From: Candidatus Kapaibacterium sp.
GTDB lineage: Bacteria > Bacteroidota > Ignavibacteria > Kapaibacteriales > UBA2268
NCBI GenBank assembly: GCA_963664875.1
Contig: OY761611.1
Coordinates: 64,001 to 128,000 of the forward strand
DNA: 64,000 bases
Direction of reading: 5' to 3'
The notes beneath the pieces were generated by a model. The model was given only the letters and a program-made list of their open reading frames with translations, ran no database searches and was not told the origin of the DNA. Below are positions 25,193 to 35,045 of the stretch, piece by piece (position 1 is the stretch's first letter; every line of letters starts with the position of its first letter). The position numbers and the translations under genes are program-made.

Positions 25193-26938
25193 TTAGAGAT
25201 TATTAGGGATTCTGAAAGTGAAAGTAGAGCCGATATTTTTTCTGCTCTTGACTTCTATTTTTCCGTTTAGCTGTTTAATAGATTGCAATACAACAGCCAT
25301 GCCAAGACCTGTGCCTGAGATAGTTCCGACATTGTCAGCTCTGTAAAACAAATCAAAAATCTTTTCCTGCTCATCCTCAGGAATGCCGATACCAAAATCC
25401 TCAACTGAAATGACTGCAATATCTCTGAAGACAGCAGCATCAATATTGACATGTTTTGATTCATCTGAATATTTGAGAGCATTTGTAATCAGATTAAGCA
25501 AAATCAGTCGAAGCAGTTTGTCGTCAGTATTCAAGTAGTCTTCTTCTGTAGATATTTTGATGTTGACAGTTCTTCCTTTGCCAAGTGTAAGTTTTAAATC
25601 GTTGACCAGCATGGAAATAAAATCTTTTAACTTGATTTTGGACAATCTGATATGTTTGTTTTGCTCGTCTTTTCCGATATAAATCACATTTTCAATCAAA
25701 TCAGTCATAATATCCACTGTTTTCATGATTCTGCTGAGATAGTCCTTTTTCTCTTCTTCAGAAAGACGTACAAAAAACTTATCTAAAAGCTGAGCTGCAG
25801 ATTTAATTATTGTTAGCGGAGTTCTGAACTCGTGCGATACCATACTTACAAATTTAGACTTCATCTCATTGAGTTCTTTTTCGGCTGCAAGCATTTTTCG
25901 AGCTTCTGATTCAGCTCTTTCGCGAATTCTGATTTCTTCTTTTAGCTTATGAATAAGCAGTTGCAAATCTTCAGTTCTCTCTTCCACTTTTAGTTCGAGT
26001 ATTTCGTTAGATTTGCGTAATTGGTTTTCTCTTTGCTTTCTGTCCGAAATATCAACAAAACTTTCTATAAAAAACTTTTGAGTGCCAAGATTGATAGAAG
26101 ATATAGTCCTCAGGATTGGCAGAGTCTTTTTATTGGTTTTTAGTTCAGATTCGAAGTTTGTGAAACTGTTTCTGGAATCCCCGGAAAAATGCACTGTAGA
26201 TAAGAATTTTTCTCGTTTTGAGCCAAGGATTTCATTTTCAGGTAGTCCGATCATAGTCTCGCCAACAGGATTAATTCTGATTATGTAATCAGTATCAGCG
26301 TCAATTACCATGATACCTGAATGAACCGAGTCGAAAATAGTGCGAAGTTCGCGTCGGCTTTTAGCAAGATCCATCGTCCTTTCTGCAACTTTCTGCTCTA
26401 ATATAAGTTTTGAGCGATTGAGGTTGATAAAAAGCTTGGTGTTTTCAAGTGAACCTGCAAATAATCCGGCATGCAGAGAGCATAATTTTAATAAATCTAT
26501 ATCAAAATCGCTTTCTTCACATTTTAGTAAAATCAAGACTAAGCCCAAAACACCCCAGGAAGCTTTTAGCGGTATTACAAGTGCTGTACTAAAGCTCTTT
26601 ATTGGTTCGTTTTGTAGTGAATACAAATGAATTTTACCTGATTCAAGTACTTTGCCTATGTTGCCGTTATCAATGAAATCAGAATAGATTGTTTCCAAAC
26701 TGTCACTAAATTCTTCTGGCAGGCATAGGTTTTGTTCAAATTCAAAACTTGTGTCATTAAGAAGGTAAAAAGAGGAAATATTATCATAAGGGAGTTTTGA
26801 GAAAACTTTAATACCATCTGCAATAACAAGGTTAATGCGTTCGGTATAAGCTCTGTTTTTGACATATTGTTCTATATCGTGCAAAAATGATGCACAAACA
26901 GCAGACATATAAGTTATATTTTCTCGTTCCTGTCTCAA
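25193..26938 (-). CDS. GAF/PAS sensor histidine kinase
   Basis: GAF-like N-terminus (IPLKASWGVLG), PAS, SHEFRTPL, NLITNALKYS, DFGIGI, GTGLG. Confidence 0.9.
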   Translation of the reverse strand: MRQERENITYMSAVCASFLHDIEQYVKNRAYTERINLVIADGIKVFSKLPYDNISSFYLLNDTSFEFEQNLCLPEEFSDSLETIYSDFIDNGNIGKVLESGKIHLYSLQNEPIKSFSTALVIPLKASWGVLGLVLILLKCEESDFDIDLLKLCSLHAGLFAGSLENTKLFINLNRSKLILEQKVAERTMDLAKSRRELRTIFDSVHSGIMVIDADTDYIIRINPVGETMIGLPENEILGSKREKFLSTVHFSGDSRNSFTNFESELKTNKKTLPILRTISSINLGTQKFFIESFVDISDRKQRENQLRKSNEILELKVEERTEDLQLLIHKLKEEIRIRERAESEARKMLAAEKELNEMKSKFVSMVSHEFRTPLTIIKSAAQLLDKFFVRLSEEEKKDYLSRIMKTVDIMTDLIENVIYIGKDEQNKHIRLSKIKLKDFISMLVNDLKLTLGKGRTVNIKISTEEDYLNTDDKLLRLILLNLITNALKYSDESKHVNIDAAVFRDIAVISVEDFGIGIPEDEQEKIFDLFYRADNVGTISGTGLGMAVVLQSIKQLNGKIEVKSRKNIGSTFTFRIPNNL

Positions 26939-27787
26939 TTATACCTTCAGTAATAGTGCGACTGATTCTTGATATTGTTTATATATTTCGTCGATATTCT
27001 TTGTAAAATAGTTGTCCGGTAATTTTAAGAATTCCCAGACCTCTTTATTGGGTTTTGGTATTATTTCTTCGTTATTATCGCCAAATTCCAGTAGGGTAGA
27101 GGCAATATTTGCTACATGCACACATGAAACGAGCAAGCTCAGTTTGCCTGAAACTTTACCTGTATAAAGGTTGCTGATAACATCACGAATGTTAATTGGC
27201 AGTTTCCACTTTTCAGCGAGCAAATCCCCAACAACCGTATGTGTAATACCCAAAAATTTCAACTCAGCTTCTCTGAGAGATACTTTATTAGCAAGCGAGT
27301 AGTTATATGCTTTGGCATATTCATTTGGGACATACTTGTAAAAAAGTAACTTTCCAATATCATGCAGAATGCCTGCAATAAAGTAATTTTCTAAATTTCT
27401 GACACCAATTGTCATGCCGGCGTGTCTTGTTATTGTGCCCACTGCGATTGAATGTTTCCAAAGGTTAACAGGATTGAAAGAGGCAGGAGCATTTAATTTG
27501 GAAAACATCTCGATAATAGAGAGAGCAAGAACTAAGTTTTTTACTTCTTCAAAACCAATAAAAGTGATGGCTTGAGTAATCGTAGTAATTCTGCCTCTGA
27601 AGCCGTAAATCGAAGAATTTGCAGCTTTCAGTATTTTAGAAGCAGATGCCTGATCCTGGCTGATTATATTGGCTACATCAGTAGGAGTCGAGCGGTGATT
27701 AGACATCACATCCGATAGTTTTGTATATACTGTCGGTAAAGTAGGGAATTCGTCAATTCTGTCTATTATGTTTTGTATGTTTTTCAA
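26939..27787 (-). CDS. HDOD-domain protein
   Basis: FPTLP, ISQDQA..KILKAANS, AITFIG, LWKHS, AGILHDIGK, HTVVG..LAEKWKLP. Confidence 0.92.
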   Translation of the reverse strand: MKNIQNIIDRIDEFPTLPTVYTKLSDVMSNHRSTPTDVANIISQDQASASKILKAANSSIYGFRGRITTITQAITFIGFEEVKNLVLALSIIEMFSKLNAPASFNPVNLWKHSIAVGTITRHAGMTIGVRNLENYFIAGILHDIGKLLFYKYVPNEYAKAYNYSLANKVSLREAELKFLGITHTVVGDLLAEKWKLPINIRDVISNLYTGKVSGKLSLLVSCVHVANIASTLLEFGDNNEEIIPKPNKEVWEFLKLPDNYFTKNIDEIYKQYQESVALLLKV

Positions 27788-28128
27788 TTATCTTGCTTTT
27801 CTGAGTTATTGGAAATAATACTTTTAGCTTTGAGCACGATTGCAATATTGAATAAATCTTTCTCAATTTTTTGCTCCGGTTCCCAAATCATTCTTTCTCT
27901 AAGCAGTGCATTGGCTTTTTCTTTTAACTCATCACTCAATTCAAACGTAGATGATTCTTCATCAGATTGGATATAGATATTGCTTACATTCCAAGTCTTC
28001 AAAATAATCTTGTGTTTTGGATTAAGTTTAATTCCCTGAGGAAGTAAAGTTTGCCCAAAATTGTTTATCACAGGTTCGGCTAATACCATACCTTCGATAA
28101 TATCATCTATGGAGACTAATGAAGCCAT
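27784..28128 (-). CDS. Small HDOD-associated hypothetical protein
   Basis: IEGMVLAEPV.NNFGQTLL..GIKL resembles the N-terminal module of HD-GYP proteins; overlaps the HDOD start by 4 nt. Confidence 0.7.
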   Translation of the reverse strand: MASLVSIDDIIEGMVLAEPVINNFGQTLLPQGIKLNPKHKIILKTWNVSNIYIQSDEESSTFELSDELKEKANALLRERMIWEPEQKIEKDLFNIAIVLKAKSIISNNSEKQDN

Positions 28129-28137
28129 TTATTTATA

Positions 28138-28908
28138 TTATATCCCATTTTTTAATTCAGAAAGAAAGACTTTATCGGTAAAATCCATTTTGATTGGGGT
28201 AACCGATACATAATTATTGAAAAGAGCATAGTCATCTGTGTCTGTATTTTGCAGGTTTTCTTCGTACCTGCCACTAAACCAATAGTACTCTCTTCCAAAA
28301 GGATCTTTTCTTTTTTCGTAGCTATCCTGCCAAATTGCAGGACTTTGTTCAGTATATCTTATACCTTTGATTTTATCTTTTTCGACCGCAGGTACGTTTA
28401 CGTTAAACAGCGTACCTTTAGGTATATTAAGTTTAAGCATTTTTTGTGCCAATTCTAAAGCGTACTCTGCAGCGGTTTCACAGTCATAATCTACGTCATG
28501 AGAGCCTACCGATATTGCCATAGATGGAATTTCTGCAAGCATTCCTTCTACTGCTCCACCTACAGTGCCGGAGTATAAAACATTTATTGCATTATTTTGT
28601 CCGTGGTTGATACCTGAAACTACTAAGTCCGGTTTTCTCTCACAAATTGCATTTATACCGAGCTTAGCGCAATCGGCAGGAGTGCCGGTTACTGCATAGC
28701 CTACTATGGCATCACTAACCCGATATTTTTTCACTCTTAGCGGGTTTTGAATAGTAACAGCGTTGCTTACTGCACTCATCTGTCTATCCGGTGCTACAAC
28801 TATCACTTCACCCATTTTACTTAGGCTTTCTGCCAACTGTCTGATACCTTTTGAATCAATGCCGTCGTCGTTTGTTATTAGAATTAATGGTCTGTTATCC
28901 TGTGGCAT
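28138..28908 (-). CDS. surE: 5'/3'-nucleotidase SurE
   Basis: ILITNDDGI, VVAP, GTPADC, SGINHG.N, YSGTVGGA. Confidence 0.96.
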   Translation of the reverse strand: MPQDNRPLILITNDDGIDSKGIRQLAESLSKMGEVIVVAPDRQMSAVSNAVTIQNPLRVKKYRVSDAIVGYAVTGTPADCAKLGINAICERKPDLVVSGINHGQNNAINVLYSGTVGGAVEGMLAEIPSMAISVGSHDVDYDCETAAEYALELAQKMLKLNIPKGTLFNVNVPAVEKDKIKGIRYTEQSPAIWQDSYEKRKDPFGREYYWFSGRYEENLQNTDTDDYALFNNYVSVTPIKMDFTDKVFLSELKNGI

Positions 28909-28909
28909 T

Positions 28910-30316
28910 TTATATTGTCCTCACTACATCATAATAAATAACTACTGCCATAAATATCAACAGAGCAACCATGCCGACCTGCTGAATTGCCATCTTTACT
29001 TTTATAGGTACTTCTCTTCTAATGATTGCTTCAATTATTATAAATACCAGATGTCCACCGTCCAAGGCTGGGAAAGGAAGTATATTTATAACAGCAAGAG
29101 TGGTAGAAAGCATAGCCATAAAAAGCAAGAAACTTGATATGCCTTGCTCTGCTTGCTTGCCTGCCTGTTTTGCTATCATAATTGGGCCGCCTACTGACTG
29201 CTTCAAAGATATATTACCTTCAAAAATTTGCCCAATCGAAGAGAAAAACAAATCAATATAATCTACTGTTTTGGTATATCCGTATGAGATTGATTCGAAT
29301 AAGCCATATTTATGTATTGAAAACTCACCGGTGTATATAACACCAATAGGGATTCCGATTTTGCCATTCTCGTTTGGAGTTACATTCAGAGTTGCTAAGC
29401 CTCCTGCTCTGAGAACAGCTATTTCCACAGGAACACTTTTGTATTTCTGCAATTCATCAACAAATTGATTTGTATTGAAAATCTCTGTGCCACCTACTGT
29501 CATCACAGTATCGTTGTTTTTTAATCCTGCTTTCAAAGCGGAACCGTCAGAGCTTGGTTCTCCAAATACTACACGCATACCGTAAGGGGCGATGCCAAGT
29601 TCTTTTTCGTTCGCCATCTGTTGTAAAATTGCTGCTCCATCAGCAGTTAGCATTGAAGGCTCACCGTTTCTGATAAGCTTGATATTTCTTTCTTTTCCTA
29701 AATCATCAGTAGTGAGTCCAAGTACCAATTCCTGCCATGTCGAAACAGGTTTCGAATTGATTTCGAGTATTTGGTCACCTGTTTGCAAGCCTGCTTTGTC
29801 TGCTATTGAGTTTTCTGTTACATGACCTATTCTATTAGTCTTATACTCTGCCTCTCCTTTGAAAAAAGCAATGCCACCAACGATAAGCACTGACAGAAGG
29901 AAATTCATGATAACTCCGGCAGAAATCACAATAGATTTTTGGAATACATTTTTAGATCTAAATTCGTATTCTTTTGGCTCTTGTCCTGCAAATTCTGTAT
30001 CGAAAGATTCGTCAACCATCCCTGAAATTTTTACATATCCACCAATAGGGAAGAGTGCTAATCTATAATCTGTATGACCATTAAGTTCAATAGCATCGGG
30101 ATCATCTATGTGTTCTGTATCTGTCTTGATTTTGATATTTCCGAAAGTAAAACCGTTGATTTTGTTCCAGCCAAAGACTCTTTGCCCCATACCAACGGAA
30201 AATACATCGGCACGCATACCGCTGAGTCTTGCTGCAATAAAATGACCAAATTCGTGTACTACTACCAGTACACCTATTACTATAACAAAATAAAAGAGTG
30301 TGGATAGAAATTCCAT
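28910..30316 (-). CDS. rseP: RIP metalloprotease RseP
   Basis: HEFGH, PIGGYVK, two PDZ domains, NILPFPALDGG; follows dxr. Confidence 0.95.
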   Translation of the reverse strand: MEFLSTLFYFVIVIGVLVVVHEFGHFIAARLSGMRADVFSVGMGQRVFGWNKINGFTFGNIKIKTDTEHIDDPDAIELNGHTDYRLALFPIGGYVKISGMVDESFDTEFAGQEPKEYEFRSKNVFQKSIVISAGVIMNFLLSVLIVGGIAFFKGEAEYKTNRIGHVTENSIADKAGLQTGDQILEINSKPVSTWQELVLGLTTDDLGKERNIKLIRNGEPSMLTADGAAILQQMANEKELGIAPYGMRVVFGEPSSDGSALKAGLKNNDTVMTVGGTEIFNTNQFVDELQKYKSVPVEIAVLRAGGLATLNVTPNENGKIGIPIGVIYTGEFSIHKYGLFESISYGYTKTVDYIDLFFSSIGQIFEGNISLKQSVGGPIMIAKQAGKQAEQGISSFLLFMAMLSTTLAVINILPFPALDGGHLVFIIIEAIIRREVPIKVKMAIQQVGMVALLIFMAVVIYYDVVRTI

Positions 30317-30334
30317 GTTTTTAATCCGTTTATT

Positions 30335-31480
30335 TTATACTAATTTTTTTACAAATTCTCTTGTTTTAGCATCAGTTTCTACGACTAATTCGATTTCACC
30401 ATTGAATCTGCTGTCGATAGAGTCCAAAGCTTTATCAATTAAATGAGGGATTTTCTCAAAAGTTATTTTATTGCTTAGAAAAGCAGCAACAGCTATTTCA
30501 TTGGCAGCATTCACAACAGTAGGAGCATGCCCGCCTTCCTTTAAAGATTCGAATGCAATTTCGAGGCATCTGAATTTTTCATAATCAGGCTTTGTGAAAT
30601 TAAGAGTTGCTATTTTGCTTAGGTCTAATCTCGGGAAATCAGAATGTAGCCTTTCAGGGTAATAAAGGGCATGAGATATAGGGATGCGCATATCCGGCAA
30701 GCCAAGTTGAGCTTTGAGTGAACCGTCTTTAAATTGAACAAGCGAATGTACTATTGACTCAGGATGCACAAGCACATCAATCATTTCCAAATCTATATCG
30801 AACAACCAGTAAGCTTCTATTACTTCAAATCCCTTATTCATCATTGTAGCTGAATCAATAGTGATTTTACTGCCCATAGCCCAATTTGGATGATTAAGGG
30901 CATCGGCAACGCTCAGCTGAGAAAAATGCTCTTTTGGTGTGTTCCTGAATGGGCCGCCCGAAGCAGTTAGAATAATCTTTTCGATATGTTCGGGATTTTC
31001 TCCGACAAGGCATTGAAGAATAGCGTTATGTTCGCTATCAATAGCCATGAGCTTAGCACCGCTTTCTTTAGCGGCTTTTGTAAGTATAGAACCTGCACTT
31101 ACAAGGGTTTCTTTGTTGGCAAGTGCTATAGTTTTGCCTCGCTTGGCAGCTTCTAAAGTCGGTAAAACTCCTGCAAAACCTACTAATGAAGAAAGTAAGA
31201 CATCATAATCGTCTTCGCGTGCGACCTTGTCTAAGGCATCTGCACCAACGAGGATATCTCCCTTAAAGTCAGAAATAGTTTTAAATTTGGCAGCTGCATC
31301 TTCATCTGTGATTATAACCCCTTTGGGATTAAATTCCTCACATTGTTTTTTTAAAGTATCTATGCTTTTATTTATGCTGAGATAGTTTATTTCGAATTTA
31401 TTCCAGGACTGACGAATAACGTCTAAAGCCTGAGTCCCTATAGAGCCTGTGGCTCCGAGGATTGATATTTTAGTGCTCAT
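30335..31480 (-). CDS. dxr: 1-deoxy-D-xylulose-5-phosphate reductoisomerase
   Basis: ILGATGSIG, LANKE, DSEH, TASGGPF, HPNWAMG.KITIDSATMMNKG, NAANE. Confidence 0.97.
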   Translation of the reverse strand: MSTKISILGATGSIGTQALDVIRQSWNKFEINYLSINKSIDTLKKQCEEFNPKGVIITDEDAAAKFKTISDFKGDILVGADALDKVAREDDYDVLLSSLVGFAGVLPTLEAAKRGKTIALANKETLVSAGSILTKAAKESGAKLMAIDSEHNAILQCLVGENPEHIEKIILTASGGPFRNTPKEHFSQLSVADALNHPNWAMGSKITIDSATMMNKGFEVIEAYWLFDIDLEMIDVLVHPESIVHSLVQFKDGSLKAQLGLPDMRIPISHALYYPERLHSDFPRLDLSKIATLNFTKPDYEKFRCLEIAFESLKEGGHAPTVVNAANEIAVAAFLSNKITFEKIPHLIDKALDSIDSRFNGEIELVVETDAKTREFVKKLV

Positions 31481-31485
31481 AATAC

Positions 31486-33156
31486 TTAAAAGTCATTGGT
31501 AATATCTTTTTGTTGTCTTTCAGAAAAGAATCTGAATTTGTCTATAGCAGTTTGTTCGTTTTGAACTACTTTTATTTTGACGAAATACTTCAACATAAGT
31601 TTATGCAAAGGCGAAATAGTTCCTTCAGTCAGATACTGTGCAATACTTGGATTTACAGTCAGTAGAATCCTAAACTCACGAGAAGATTTTCTGAAATTTC
31701 TAAGCCATCTTTCGATGCTGTTGATAAGTACTGCTTTTGATGTAATTCTACCTGTACCACTGCAAGTAGGGCAGGTTTCAGTAATCTTTTCGGCAATATT
31801 CTGATTGATTCTTTGCCTTGTAATCTGCAGCAAACCGAGCTGAGTCAAAGGATATACAACTGTTTTGGCTCTGTCTTTTGCTAATTCGCGCTTCATTTCC
31901 ACATATAGCTTTCTTCTGTTTTGCTCTTGAGCCATGTCAATGAAGTCTATAATAATCATGCCTGCCATGTCTCTCAATCGGATTTGGCGAGCCATTTCGC
32001 GTGCTGCTTCCATATTGGTACGCACAGCATTCTTTTCCTGATCAGACTCGACAGCTCTGCCTGAGTTTACATCGACTACAAACATAGCTTCTGTCTGTTC
32101 AATCGCAATATCGCCGCCACTCGGAAGATTTACTTTTCTTCTATAAGTTTTAGCAAGCTCTTTTTCAATGCCGTAAGCATCAAAAATAGGTCTGGCACCG
32201 GCATATAGTTCGAGCTTATATAATGATTTAGGAGATGACCATTTCAGATAATTGTATATTTCTTTATACAATTTTTTAGAATCTACTACTACTCTTTGCA
32301 CTTGCGGAGTTAGCAAATCTCTGATAACACTCGCTGCAAGTTTCATATCTTTGTAAAGCAGACCCGGTTTTTTAGTTTTTTGAACCTTCTGCTCAATTTC
32401 CTGCCATTTTATAAGCAAATCTTCCCAGTCTTTTTCGAGCTCGACTTCTGATTTACCTTTAGCAGCAGTTCTTATAATACAACCCGAACCTTTAGGCAAG
32501 ACCTTCCTTGCAAGTTGTCGTAGTCTTCTTCTTTCCTGATAGGAATGGATTTTTTTGGAAACACCCAGAATATTATCGAAAGGAAGAAGCACAACATATC
32601 TGCCCGGCAGGGCAATTTTTGTAGTAACCTTAACACCTTTGTGCCCATAAGCTTCACGCACTACCTGAACAATTACATCTTGTTTAGGTTCTAAATTGAT
32701 TTGAACTGCTCCGGAGCGTTTAGTTACAAAAGTAGCTTTTCCGGCGGCACGAGTACCGGCAGAAAATTGCATTCGTCTTAGTGCTACTTGGGAATTATTG
32801 TCTAAAGTGGCAGGATAAATGATTGGCCCTTTGCTTTCAGTTACAACTGGAGAAACCGTTTCAGTTTCATCTTGCTGAGCTATATCATCATCTTCATCGT
32901 CGTCCTCTTCATACATATTATTTTCGAGCGAATCGTCCACGTCAGAGAAGTGAAGAAAAGCATCCTGTCTTAGACCAATGTCGATAAACGCCGCATTGAT
33001 ACCTTGCATGACCTTACTGACTTTGCCAAGATAGACGTTGCCGATATATCTTTCTTTTTCGGGGAATTCTATAAAAAACTCAGCGAGCTGCCCATCTTCA
33101 GTAATAGCGACTCTGACTTCGTTTATAGTACTATTTATAATTATCTCTTTTCTCAT
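31486..33156 (-). CDS. rng: Rne/Rng-family ribonuclease
   Basis: GNVYLGKV..V, AAFIDIG, IIRT, VDVNSG, IARQ-like MARQIRLRD, IIDFIDM, Zn-link CPTCSGTG. Confidence 0.9.
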   Translation of the reverse strand: MRKEIIINSTINEVRVAITEDGQLAEFFIEFPEKERYIGNVYLGKVSKVMQGINAAFIDIGLRQDAFLHFSDVDDSLENNMYEEDDDEDDDIAQQDETETVSPVVTESKGPIIYPATLDNNSQVALRRMQFSAGTRAAGKATFVTKRSGAVQINLEPKQDVIVQVVREAYGHKGVKVTTKIALPGRYVVLLPFDNILGVSKKIHSYQERRRLRQLARKVLPKGSGCIIRTAAKGKSEVELEKDWEDLLIKWQEIEQKVQKTKKPGLLYKDMKLAASVIRDLLTPQVQRVVVDSKKLYKEIYNYLKWSSPKSLYKLELYAGARPIFDAYGIEKELAKTYRRKVNLPSGGDIAIEQTEAMFVVDVNSGRAVESDQEKNAVRTNMEAAREMARQIRLRDMAGMIIIDFIDMAQEQNRRKLYVEMKRELAKDRAKTVVYPLTQLGLLQITRQRINQNIAEKITETCPTCSGTGRITSKAVLINSIERWLRNFRKSSREFRILLTVNPSIAQYLTEGTISPLHKLMLKYFVKIKVVQNEQTAIDKFRFFSERQQKDITNDF

Positions 33157-33249
33157 ACCGAAATATCTAATATGCCTTAATACATAATTTCAAAGATACC
33201 AAATTAAAGTGATAATAAATAGTAAAAGGGGGGAATAGATATAAAAAAA

Positions 33250-33344
33250 GGCCAAGCTTACTTTGTGCCTTAAGACGAAACTTACCGTTGCTTCCTTCCG
33301 GACCTGGCGGGGTTGGGTTTGACTTAACCACAAAGGGCTTGACC
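33250..33344 (-). ncRNA. ffs: Signal recognition particle RNA (4.5S)
   Basis: Reverse complement contains CCGCCAGGTCCGGAAGGAAGCAACGG (helix 8 with GGAA loop); the termini GGTCAAGC / GCTTGGCC pair; followed by a U-run; TATATTTG promoter at 33359-33366. Confidence 0.93.
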
Positions 33345-33621
33345 AAAAATTTAGAATACAAATATAGGGAGTATTTGCAAGTAAAGCAAGTAAAAGTTTT
33401 TCTTTCTGTTAAAAACACCAATAGCTTTCTTAACAGAATTATTGTATGTCATTACGTCACAAAGTATAAGCGAAATGATATTTAGTTTGAAAAAATTAAA
33501 AATGACAACACTAATCTCTATTTTTTCGTGTATTATTATCATTTCTCACAAAAAAATGATAAATTGGAATCGTGTAATTATACGTCTATGACAGATAAAT
33601 GGACATCCAAAGGAAGAGACA

Positions 33622-34224
33622 ATGTTTATTACGTTTGAAGGTATAGATGGGTGCGGCAAAACCACTCAACTTAAAAAACTTGCTGATTACCTGACCAAAA
33701 CAGGAAAAAAAGTAATGACAATTCGAGAGCCGGGAGGCAATAAATTTTCTGAATCCATCAGAGAACTTTTGCTCGATAAGTCAAATAATTTATCTCCTGT
33801 TACAGAACTTCTTCTTTTTGAAGCGGCAAGGTCTCATCTTGTTGAAACTGTAATCAAGCCTGCTATTTCGGATGGAGTTATAGTTTTATCTGACAGATTT
33901 TATGATTCAACTACTGCTTATCAGGGGTTTGGAAGAGGCCTTGATATGGACGACGTTATTCAATGCAATGCTATAGCTACAGGTGCTTTGAAGCCCGATA
34001 TAACTTTTTATTTAGATGTCCCGCTTGAAGTTGCTGCCCAACGTTCCGGCAACCGAGAAAAAGATAGGATAGAATTAGCAGGGAATTCATTTTTCGAAAG
34101 AGTGAGGCTGGGTTTTCGCGAGTTGGCTAAAATGGAATCACATAGGATTATTCAAATAGACGCTACCCAAGCTGCTGAAGAGACTTTTGCGATAATACTT
34201 TCACACTTAGAAGGTAGATTGTGA
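33622..34224 (+). CDS. tmk: Thymidylate kinase
   Basis: FITFEGIDGCGKTTQ, REPGG, DRFYDSTTAYQG. Confidence 0.96.
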   Translation: MFITFEGIDGCGKTTQLKKLADYLTKTGKKVMTIREPGGNKFSESIRELLLDKSNNLSPVTELLLFEAARSHLVETVIKPAISDGVIVLSDRFYDSTTAYQGFGRGLDMDDVIQCNAIATGALKPDITFYLDVPLEVAAQRSGNREKDRIELAGNSFFERVRLGFRELAKMESHRIIQIDATQAAEETFAIILSHLEGRL

Positions 34225-34259
34225 AATTGTCTTAGTCATGAGCCTTAAAGAGCAATGTC

Positions 34260-34850
34260 TTATAATCTCGATACAGAGCTGTTTCCTTTAAGATAGAAAC
34301 GTAAAGGCAATTCTTTTGAAAGATTGATGCCTATCCTCGTTGTAGTTACTATGTCATTATCTCTAATATCAATTCCGTCTGTTATCAGAAACTCCGAATT
34401 ACCTAATTGTTTATAATTGTCTTGTTTATTTATTGAAAAGGCTTGAGCTATTTTGCCGGGGCCGTTACATAGTTGTGATATGATTTTTGTCTTTCGTCTC
34501 TCTTTCATTGTTTCAATTCCTGATATTGGCTCTATACCTCTTAATAGTACAGCAGAACCTTCGCCCGAAGAACCTGACACAATATTTATACAGTGGTGGA
34601 TTCCATATATCTGATAAACATAAATAATTCCCCCTGCTTCAAACATTGGAGCATTCCTTTTGGTTTTGCCTCTATGAGCATGGTTTGCTAAGTCTCCATC
34701 GGGGATATAAGCTTCGGTTTCTACGATAATACCGCTAAGTGTTTGACCATTAGACTCGTTTTTGATAAAGATTTTACCTATGAGGTCTTTGGCTAATTTT
34801 AGTGTGTCCGCCTCAAAATATTCTTTTGGAAGAAAACTTTGCTTTGTCAT
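34260..34850 (-). CDS. mpg: DNA-3-methyladenine glycosylase (AAG/MPG family)
   Basis: IVETEAY, YVYQIYGIHHCINIV, AVLLRGIEP, NGPGK, RIGI; probable start ATG 34850. Confidence 0.93.
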   Translation of the reverse strand: MTKQSFLPKEYFEADTLKLAKDLIGKIFIKNESNGQTLSGIIVETEAYIPDGDLANHAHRGKTKRNAPMFEAGGIIYVYQIYGIHHCINIVSGSSGEGSAVLLRGIEPISGIETMKERRKTKIISQLCNGPGKIAQAFSINKQDNYKQLGNSEFLITDGIDIRDNDIVTTTRIGINLSKELPLRFYLKGNSSVSRL

Positions 34851-35045
34851 TTTAAACCCAATGTAGTAAAAAATAAAAATACCAAAAAAAAGATAGAAAA
34901 TATTAATCGACATCTAAAGTTTTCAAATAAATTCTAAATTTTACTATATTTATACTGAAATAGAAGTGCTAAACAAAATCCGGTGCTTTTACTAAATACA
35001 GTTTTGCAAAAAATATTTTTGAATTTCAAATAGAAAGTAGATATC

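Noticed and set aside
33167-33542. Three short ORFs upstream of rng
   Set aside because: They overlap the SRP RNA and its promoter and have no protein-like features
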